From Stramenopiles sp. TOSAG23-6 (lineage: Eukaryota): a stretch of DNA of 39,264 nucleotides. Positions within the stretch are counted from its first letter, which is position 1; every line of letters begins with the position of its first letter. The notes under the pieces are model-generated. The model worked only from the letters and a program-made list of their open reading frames with translations, did no database searches and was not told the DNA's origin. Location: NCBI GenBank assembly GCA_900128565.1, contig LT635937.1, positions 1 through 39,264 of the forward strand. The letters run 5' to 3'. Made by a program: the position numbers and the translations under genes. Below, piece after piece: positions 32,216 to 39,264 of this stretch.

Positions 32216-32221
32216 CTAGCT

Positions 32222-33724
32222 CTAACGAAGAGACATACCACCAAACATTCTTGAGGCATCTCCAACAACAGACTTCTTTGTACGAGGACGGCTGCGACCA
32301 CCAAAAATATTCCAGAATCTTAGAGTTTCATCAGCACCAGCAGAACATACTGTACTTCCATCTGGAGATGCACAAAGATGTAAAACACGTTTACCGTGAC
32401 CTTTCAGTTCTGTAATCTTTTGCATCTTTGGATAACTCCAGAGGCATAGTTGATTGTCACTGAATCCGTGGGATGATACAATTTCCTTATCACTAGGACT
32501 CCACAAAAGAGCACAAACCTGTGATCCAGTATCCATAGAATTGAGACAAGCACCATTACTAGTATTCCAGAACTTGATACATCTATCAGCAGTACCACCA
32601 CCAGAGGCAAGTACATTTCGTTGAAATGGACACCAAGCAAGTGCTTTGACTGCAGCCTGGTGTGCACCCAAGGTACATCGCGCTACTTGTTGGTGAGTAG
32701 ACAAGCCAAATGAATCACGTGATCTTCCACGACTAGATGCGGATTTGCGAGCATCCCAAAGACAGAGAAGATTATCATTTCCACCAGATGCTAAGGTAGT
32801 GCCATCGGGAGACCATTCAAGACCACAGACTTCTTGCTTGTGTCCTATTAAAGAAGCAACATGGTGGTTGCGCTCACGAACATCATGATTATGAATTGTT
32901 GTATCCCGACTACCAGAAGAAACAATGTGTTGATTCCAGCTCAATGATCCAATTCGTCCACGGTGCCCACTCATTGAGCGGACTTGTTGCAACTTAGAAG
33001 TATCCCAAAGCTGAACGTCGGCGTCGGAAGTGGCTACGGCAAGGTGACACGAAGAACCTTCTTTTACCCACTTCACTGAAGACACATACGATTCATCCTC
33101 AAGACACATAAGCTCTTCTATTTCACCAGTGGTAGCATTCCATAAGTAAACAGCGCAGTTCAATGCAACTGCAAGGATATTTGACGAGTTCCAATCGAGA
33201 AGGTTTAGATAATAATCATCCATTAAATCAGGTGCGTCCAAAACACGTTCAGGAGCGCTAGGAATATGACGTTTGACATTTGCTTGCTTCCTTTCATGTT
33301 GTCCCTGTGAGTAGAGGACCTTGATCGACTCGTGGTATCCATCTTTATTCACTGGGGCTTTCTGTTTAAAAGCAAGAACACGCTGGCCTTTGTCGTCATC
33401 ACCAGAACCAAAGAGTTTAGATGCGAGATCACGCTTGAATATTTCATGATTAGGACTTTTACGTCCAGATTCTTCGTTTTCTTTCAAAAGGAAGGAAGAA
33501 ATATCCATGTTCATCACATTTCGATTCGGAATGAATCTGTCCCCATTGCTTGGGGTCTTGGAAGGCTTTGCAGGTGTCCTTGACGTTTTCGTTGGAGTAT
33601 TTGCCCTTGAAGAAGCTTGGAGTGCTTTGCGCTGCCATCGCGGCACGACGGACGAAGTGGCAGAAGAAAAATTCAAGAGTTCATCTAGTTCAGTTGCATC
33701 GACAGTGCGGGTTGTAGAAGACAT
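32222..33724 (-). CDS. CDC20: Cell division cycle protein 20 (Fizzy), APC/C co-activator
   Basis: C-box DRFIPNR, KEN, Mad2-interacting-like RVLAF, PERVLDAPDLMDDYYLNLLDW, WD40 repeats with LASGGGTADRCIKFWN and SAGADETLRFW, C-terminal LR tail. Confidence 0.96.
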   Translation of the reverse strand: MSSTTRTVDATELDELLNFSSATSSVVPRWQRKALQASSRANTPTKTSRTPAKPSKTPSNGDRFIPNRNVMNMDISSFLLKENEESGRKSPNHEIFKRDLASKLFGSGDDDKGQRVLAFKQKAPVNKDGYHESIKVLYSQGQHERKQANVKRHIPSAPERVLDAPDLMDDYYLNLLDWNSSNILAVALNCAVYLWNATTGEIEELMCLEDESYVSSVKWVKEGSSCHLAVATSDADVQLWDTSKLQQVRSMSGHRGRIGSLSWNQHIVSSGSRDTTIHNHDVRERNHHVASLIGHKQEVCGLEWSPDGTTLASGGNDNLLCLWDARKSASSRGRSRDSFGLSTHQQVARCTLGAHQAAVKALAWCPFQRNVLASGGGTADRCIKFWNTSNGACLNSMDTGSQVCALLWSPSDKEIVSSHGFSDNQLCLWSYPKMQKITELKGHGKRVLHLCASPDGSTVCSAGADETLRFWNIFGGRSRPRTKKSVVGDASRMFGGMSLR

Positions 33725-33871
33725 TGTTTTCAGTTTGTTTTATCGCAGATTTTATTGCTTGAAAGCTTTTACCTATAATATGTTGTTCAAAAAGAGAAAC
33801 AGCAGAGAGACACAGAGAAAAGTCTAAATCTCAAAAAATGCATTTGAAAACTTGAGCGGAATTTTTCTAAC

Positions 33872-33886
33872 AGTTACCGGGTAACT
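33872..33886. promoter_or_regulatory. Palindromic AGTTACC-G-GGTAACT element in the CDC20 / calmodulin-like divergent promoter
   Basis: Perfect 7-bp inverted repeat with a 1-bp spacer. A related AGTTACCCGGTAC occurs at 23983-23995 in the NTF2/helicase divergent promoter. Confidence 0.5.
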
Positions 33887-34018
33887 TATTAATACGTTAT
33901 GTTTTGTGAACGTTCATGATATCTAACAAATCTTTCGTATTCCTAAGTGATCTTTTCAGACTCTGTGAACCTCCTTCAATTTTCATCACGGGATTAGTAC
34001 TTCAATTAGATATCCATT

Positions 34019-34468
34019 ATGCCAAGTGAAGTTACAGCTGATGATAAGGCTCTATTTTCTCAAGCATTTATCATTTTCGACCGCAACGGAGACGGGACTG
34101 TAGATGCTACAGAATTTAAGGAAGCTTTGAAAGTCTTGGGTAGAGAAATTTCGGATGAAGACCTAAAGGCTATAATGGGAGGTGAAAAATGCAACCATGA
34201 GCAATTTGTGACAGCTTTAAGTAATATGAAAAATGGAACTCCAAATCAGAAAGAGGTGTTGGACGCCTTGGCAGTTTTCGACAAAGGAGACGGGACAGTA
34301 TCTGCCTCAGAGCTGAAAAACGCCATGCTAAATATGGGACAAAAACCACTATCCGAGAGCGAATGTGATGCCTTATTGAAACAAGCAGATGTAAATGGCG
34401 ACGGTAGTATACAATATGAATCGTGGGTTACATCCACAATGAATCAAACTTTAAAAGGAACATTATAG
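34019..34468 (+). CDS. Calmodulin-like / myosin-light-chain-like EF-hand protein
   Basis: 149 aa. EF loops DRNGDGTVDATE, DKGDGTVSASE (one residue short) and DVNGDGSIQYES; EF2 is degenerate, so this is not canonical calmodulin. Confidence 0.9.
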   Translation: MPSEVTADDKALFSQAFIIFDRNGDGTVDATEFKEALKVLGREISDEDLKAIMGGEKCNHEQFVTALSNMKNGTPNQKEVLDALAVFDKGDGTVSASELKNAMLNMGQKPLSESECDALLKQADVNGDGSIQYESWVTSTMNQTLKGTL

Positions 34469-34581
34469 AAATGTATATATATCCTATATTTATAAAGTAA
34501 AGTACTATCTGCTAAGTGTGTTAATAGAAATGTATATATATCCTATATTTGTAAAGTAAAGTACTATCTGCTAAGTGTGTT
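34465..34581. repeat. 59-bp-period tandem duplication of the whole spacer between two convergent genes
   Basis: 34465-34522 and 34524-34581 differ by one substitution. Each copy contains the + strand TAG and the - strand TAG context. Confidence 0.96.
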
Positions 34582-36664
34582 GAAAGCGGCACATGTCACC
34601 TCGTATACATGTTTTGTCCTTCTGAAAAGAAAAACATGGTCCCCATTCTTTCTTGTTGGGTGTCTTTTTCTCTGTAGTTTGTTTTACATTGCTCTTCCTA
34701 CACTTTTTACTCTTATTATCTTGACTATTCTTGTTGCGCTTTTTACACGCATTATCTTGAATATGACCTTTCATCCTGACTTTTTTTGCTAATTGATTAA
34801 TATTGGGATCAACAGTCTGGCCACATCGCTGTAACAAGCTTACTAAATCGGGCGCAAGGGGTGACATATTTTTCGTGAAATAAGAGTGAGATTCCCCGGC
34901 TCTACCAGCTCTACCAGCTCTGCCTATTCTATGAACATATTGTTCAAGAGTTGGAGGGAAATCATAATTCACTACAAATCTCAGATTCTTAATATGAAGG
35001 CCACGTCCGGCAACATCAGTCGCAACTAATACTGGAGTCTTTCCAAATTTGAAATTTTTCATGGCCTTATCACGCCAATCTTGCTTCATTTGTCCAAATA
35101 TAGCACCGCATCGACAGTTGGCTCTTTTTAAAAACGAGACTAATTCTTTAACTTTTTTTGTAGTATTGCAAAATATTAAAATATTAGCTGCTTGGCGTAC
35201 ACCCTTCTCTTTGTCACTTTTTCGTATTCCGCGGAGAAGTTTCATGAGTTTACCTTGTTTTTTATGCTCCGCACACAAATGTACTATCTGTAATAAATTT
35301 TCCGGGGCAATCAAATTATCTGTTACGTGTTTTGTTGTAGTATTCTTTTCACCATTTGATGATATCTCCAAAATATGTTTTTCTAATGACTTTTCATTGT
35401 TTTCTACATTATTTTGCCCAACATGACAAGAAATATCAGTAGGCTCCTTTTGTGTATCTAAGATATCATTTATTAGGTTTACTTTGCATTTACGTTGTTG
35501 TTTCTCTTGATGTTTTGTACTATCGTGAGTGCTAATTGTAGTACACTTTTCCTGTTCTGGGTTGATTACTTCAAAACGACTCTTTTGTTGGAGTTTCTTC
35601 TTCGATAATGCCAATTTAGATACATGGAAAATGTTAGCCTTTGGTGCCCAAGTACGAGCAGCAATCTCAATTTTTGGAGAGAGTGAAGCCGTAAAAAGCA
35701 TCATTTGCCGATCTGGTCGAAGATATTTAAAGATGGCATCAATTTGCTCACGCATGCCCATTCCAAGCATCCTATCTACTTCATCCACAACACAGTATGT
35801 AACACAAGGTAAGACAAAGTCACCAGATTGCAACAAATCTAAAAGCCGACCAGGTGTTGCAGTGAGGATCGTTACTGGAAGATGCTCTTCAGTAGCTGTC
35901 ATGGAAGATTCTATTGGTACTGTTGTTTGTAGGCTTGCAATTTGAGCAGCTCTATTTACACCTCCATACACTGTGGAAGATCGTAAACCAAATAACCTGC
36001 GAAATCTGTTACAAACAGATTGTACTTGTGTAGCTAATTCTCTTGTAGGTACAAGGATCAAAGCGACAACACTTTCTACAGAATCTGTTCTTGTTTGAGC
36101 TACAATGTGTGCTACAGCTGGGAGTAAATAAGCCAATGTTTTTCCAGAACCAGTTTCTGCAACACCAATTACGTCTCTACCACTCAAAATCGCTGGCCAA
36201 CAAAACTTCTGAATTGGAGTTGGGGCGCTAAATCCACGAAGGGTAATAAATTTCTTGAATAAAGGTGGTACACGTGGATCATCGAAATCCTCCAGGGGTG
36301 TTGCAGTGTTGTTTTCTCCAGTATGATTAGCATAGCCAGAAAGAATATTTCGCACAAACGAATCTGTCCTTGGTAGAGCTGGTGGTACACACAACTTTGC
36401 ACTATTGAATTTATCCGTATAGTCAGATACTTCGCATTTCCTACGCTTAGTAGAATCAACCACAATGGATTTCATACCACTTGTCTTATCACTAGTGCTT
36501 TCAATTATTCGTGGTGCCTCCTTGTACTTAATCTTCTTTCTCTTCTTCTGACTGCGCTGCATTTTATACTTCTCCCACTCGTCAGCCCCATCTCCAGCCA
36601 TTTCAAGAGCAGCCATACCGCTCCAACTAATAGCAACTTTGCGACTTCTTTTCTGATTATCCAT
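34571..36664 (-). CDS. DEAD-box-family RNA helicase (DBP2/DBP3-like; DEVD and TAS variants) with a C-terminal CCCH zinc finger
   Basis: PTPIQ, AETGSGKT, PTRELA, TPGRL, DEVDRML, FTAS, TDVAGRGL, YVHRIGRAGRAG; terminal CFSFQKDKTCIRGDMCRFQH. First in-frame ATG at 36664. Confidence 0.92.
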   Translation of the reverse strand: MDNQKRSRKVAISWSGMAALEMAGDGADEWEKYKMQRSQKKRKKIKYKEAPRIIESTSDKTSGMKSIVVDSTKRRKCEVSDYTDKFNSAKLCVPPALPRTDSFVRNILSGYANHTGENNTATPLEDFDDPRVPPLFKKFITLRGFSAPTPIQKFCWPAILSGRDVIGVAETGSGKTLAYLLPAVAHIVAQTRTDSVESVVALILVPTRELATQVQSVCNRFRRLFGLRSSTVYGGVNRAAQIASLQTTVPIESSMTATEEHLPVTILTATPGRLLDLLQSGDFVLPCVTYCVVDEVDRMLGMGMREQIDAIFKYLRPDRQMMLFTASLSPKIEIAARTWAPKANIFHVSKLALSKKKLQQKSRFEVINPEQEKCTTISTHDSTKHQEKQQRKCKVNLINDILDTQKEPTDISCHVGQNNVENNEKSLEKHILEISSNGEKNTTTKHVTDNLIAPENLLQIVHLCAEHKKQGKLMKLLRGIRKSDKEKGVRQAANILIFCNTTKKVKELVSFLKRANCRCGAIFGQMKQDWRDKAMKNFKFGKTPVLVATDVAGRGLHIKNLRFVVNYDFPPTLEQYVHRIGRAGRAGRAGESHSYFTKNMSPLAPDLVSLLQRCGQTVDPNINQLAKKVRMKGHIQDNACKKRNKNSQDNKSKKCRKSNVKQTTEKKTPNKKEWGPCFSFQKDKTCIRGDMCRFQHT

Positions 36665-36970
36665 ATTTAAGCACAAGATATAATAAAATCTACTCTAATT
36701 CAATGATCTTGGTGATAGAAAATGCATATGAATGTACTTGAATGCAATAGTATATGCCAAAATAAGCCTGGTACCGCGTATCTGACCCGCTTAAGATGCG
36801 TCAACAGCTGACTACATTTAGGGTACGAGTAAGTACGAAATTCTCTATATAAATTTTATCCATTGTAAATTGAGTAATTGAGTATTATTGTCAAAGAAAT
36901 TTGTACTTCAAAAGGGTAAAAGTAGGGTATAAAAAAGGAAGTTGCAATCAATAATTTTATTTTCAATTTT

Positions 36971-39264
36971 TTAAAGTACATTCAAAATAGCTATAATCAA
37001 TACGAGAGAAACCGAATGCATTTCAGCTCTGGGGGTAGAATCATTGTTATCAGTCAAAATAACGTCTACTGGTGATTCATCGGATGGTGGTTGTTCCGGT
37101 GGAGTCAAACTGTTTTTTACTGTAGACGGATCACTCACAGTTGTGTTCAATTCTCTCTCTAACGTTACTTTGTCCACATTTGTCTGTTTACTGAGAGCGG
37201 TAATAAAAGAAGTTTTCGAAAAAGATTTTTGAACGTCTGCCAATCCTTGGGCACTTGCAATACCGGATTTCTTGAAAAATAGGGCTGCTGCAGAGTGACC
37301 CTTGGATAAAGAGGCAACAGTAACGGCATCTGTAACAGAAGTATCTGCTCCATTGCTTGCAGAAACTCTAATAATTTCTGTTGGTAATTTTGTGGCTAAA
37401 ATATCTTGTGAAATTTGTGGTTGATTCTGTGCGTATTTAGTAGCTTCAGTTTGTATTATTGGATCAGTTGATTGTACAACATATTCGCGTACAAATTTAT
37501 CAGTGGCACCCGATGCTAAGCGACGCACATTTCCTGTAGTTGAAGAAACAGCGAAAATCTTACAGACGTTTCCTGCATTATTCCCACACATCAATGTAAT
37601 CAATGCTGCCACAATTGCAGATTCTTCTTTGCTACAATCTGCTCTCTTACAATTCACATTCAAATAAATGTAATCAGATTTCGTTACGTTTACTGTAACC
37701 TCACTTGCAGACATTCCACTTGCTTCAAGTGCTGCTGATGACAATACTTTCGCTGGATTTGGTAAGGATAAAATTTCTTTCAAGTTACCCAGTGGAAGCG
37801 TCATTTTTGCCACTACTTGAGTTATAACTGGTGCGGGTGTTTCGGGTACTTTCTCATCTGGTTTTTCTGTGTCTCCAAAGTTGGGTGTCATAGTTTTTTC
37901 GCATTGCAGAGTAGGTGCCTTTAACGTTCCATTGTCACAGGAGAAGTCCCCACTTGTATTAGTAACAGGGGTATATCCACTTTTGCATAATATCTTACAA
38001 GAACCACCGCTTTTCAGTTCTATCTCGCTTATGCAACTTTGGTCAAATATTGTATTCTCTGTAAATTTCTGTGGCAAACTACATGGCGATTTTACCTTCG
38101 ATTCACAATTGGTGCCTTCAAAACCATCCTTGCACTGACAAGTACAGTTTCCAATTAAACCACTTGCAGTTCCTTGATCTTTGACACATTTTTCTCCATT
38201 GCTTCCAACGAGACATTTCTGTGCAGTCTCACAGTGATCGCCTTCATAACCATCCATACATTTACAGGTACAATTTTTACCAGTACCTGCAGGCTCACCT
38301 TGGCCTTTAGTACAGGGATGATTATTTGGTCCTACTGTACATTTCTTTGCAGTCTGGCATTCATCGCCTTCAAATCCAGCTTCACAATCACATTTACAGT
38401 CCCCAGTGAAACCTGATACTTTACCCTGTCCTTCCACACATTGTTTACCGCGTTTGTTAGCAGTACACGCTGCAGCTGTTTGACAATTCAATCCTTCAAA
38501 TCCTGTTCCTTTACAATCACATGAACAATGTCCAATTAAACCAGTTGCAATTGAATTATTAAGACAGGCTTCACCATCTTTTCCAGTTGTACATTTCTTG
38601 GCAGTTTGGCAATGATCACCTTCATAACCATCATTACATTCACATCTACAGTCTCCAGTAAAACCAACTGGATTGCCCTGTCCTTGGACACACTGGGTGC
38701 CGTTTTTATTAGCAGTACACGCGGCAGCTGTTTGACAATACAATCCTTCGAATCCTGTTCCTTTACAATCACATGAACAATTTCCTGTTAGACCAGTTGC
38801 AATTGAATTATTAAGACAAGCTTTACCGTCCTTTCCAGTGGTACATTCCGAAAAATTTTCACACTCGTCTCCTTGAAATCCATCTTTACATTTACATGTA
38901 CAACTTCCAGTAACACCTATGGCTTCACCTTGATCTTTGACACATTCCTTTCCATTCTGACTAAGCAAGCATTTTTTTGCAATTTCACAAAGAAGGCCTT
39001 CATAACCATCGATACATTTACACCCACAATTTCCAGTCACACCAGTGACAACTGAATTGTTCAGACATGCTTTACCATCCTTTCCAGTTGTACATTTCTT
39101 TGCAGTCTGACATTCATCGCCTTCAAATCCAGCTTCACACTCACATTTACAGTCTCCAGTGAAACCTGATACTTTACCCTGTCCTTTTACGCATTGTTTA
39201 CCGCGTTTGTTAGCAGTACACGCGGCAGCTGTTTGACAATACAATCCTTCGAATCCTGTTCCTT
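36971..39264 (-). CDS. 5'-truncated EGF-like repeat surface protein with a Sushi-like module, an RRL motif and a probable GPI-anchor signal
   Basis: The frame is open to the window edge. Nine ~42-aa six-Cys units (C..GK.C....G..G.C.C.C..G[FY]EG..C); Sushi-like GGSCKILCKSGY..FSCDNG..LQC; VRRLASG; hydrophobic C-terminus SVSLVLIIAILNVL with no cytosolic tail. Confidence 0.85.
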   Translation of the reverse strand, partial: GTGFEGLYCQTAAACTANKRGKQCVKGQGKVSGFTGDCKCECEAGFEGDECQTAKKCTTGKDGKACLNNSVVTGVTGNCGCKCIDGYEGLLCEIAKKCLLSQNGKECVKDQGEAIGVTGSCTCKCKDGFQGDECENFSECTTGKDGKACLNNSIATGLTGNCSCDCKGTGFEGLYCQTAAACTANKNGTQCVQGQGNPVGFTGDCRCECNDGYEGDHCQTAKKCTTGKDGEACLNNSIATGLIGHCSCDCKGTGFEGLNCQTAAACTANKRGKQCVEGQGKVSGFTGDCKCDCEAGFEGDECQTAKKCTVGPNNHPCTKGQGEPAGTGKNCTCKCMDGYEGDHCETAQKCLVGSNGEKCVKDQGTASGLIGNCTCQCKDGFEGTNCESKVKSPCSLPQKFTENTIFDQSCISEIELKSGGSCKILCKSGYTPVTNTSGDFSCDNGTLKAPTLQCEKTMTPNFGDTEKPDEKVPETPAPVITQVVAKMTLPLGNLKEILSLPNPAKVLSSAALEASGMSASEVTVNVTKSDYIYLNVNCKRADCSKEESAIVAALITLMCGNNAGNVCKIFAVSSTTGNVRRLASGATDKFVREYVVQSTDPIIQTEATKYAQNQPQISQDILATKLPTEIIRVSASNGADTSVTDAVTVASLSKGHSAAALFFKKSGIASAQGLADVQKSFSKTSFITALSKQTNVDKVTLERELNTTVSDPSTVKNSLTPPEQPPSDESPVDVILTDNNDSTPRAEMHSVSLVLIIAILNVL

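Noticed and set aside
1-39264. Alternative genetic code, RNA genes, or prokaryotic/viral origin of the window
   Set aside because: Conserved genes end at TAA, TAG or TGA at expected positions, spliceosomal introns and core eukaryotic genes (CDC20, NTF2) are present, and no tRNA- or rRNA-like sequence was recognised.

Overview
Gene-dense, AT-rich, intron-poor eukaryotic nuclear DNA read with the standard code. It is probably a unicellular protist; a stramenopile is suggested by the RRL/HLRG-type secretory motifs and an oomycete-like TCATTC initiator, but that assignment is inference. There are 13 protein-coding genes. In order: (1) a two-exon TatD-associated radical-SAM-like protein lacking CxxxCxxC; (2) a ~5,190-aa secreted mosaic protein, since the 3994-aa and 1233-aa ORFs join across an 83-nt GT-AG intron; (3) a signal-peptide LRR protein with a C-terminal caspase/hemoglobinase-fold (DUF4347-like His-Gly/Cys) domain, lying between two direct copies of the neighbouring gene's promoter and start codon; (4) a MARCH-type RING-CH E3 ligase; (5) NTF2; (6) a CCCH-DEAD-box helicase; (7) ornithine cyclodeaminase/mu-crystallin; (8) a secreted GT-A-like protein; (9) a low-complexity N/Q/R-rich protein; (10) CDC20; (11) a calmodulin-like protein; (12) a second CCCH-bearing DEAD-box-family helicase; (13) the 3' part of an EGF-repeat, probably GPI-anchored surface protein. 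I see no rRNA, tRNA, CRISPR array or transposase. The best candidates for new biology are the direct-repeat-flanked LRR(-SAM-like)-caspase-like protease cassette and the giant, possibly proteolytically processed, mosaic secreted protein. All domain calls are by-eye motif recognition; no searches were run.
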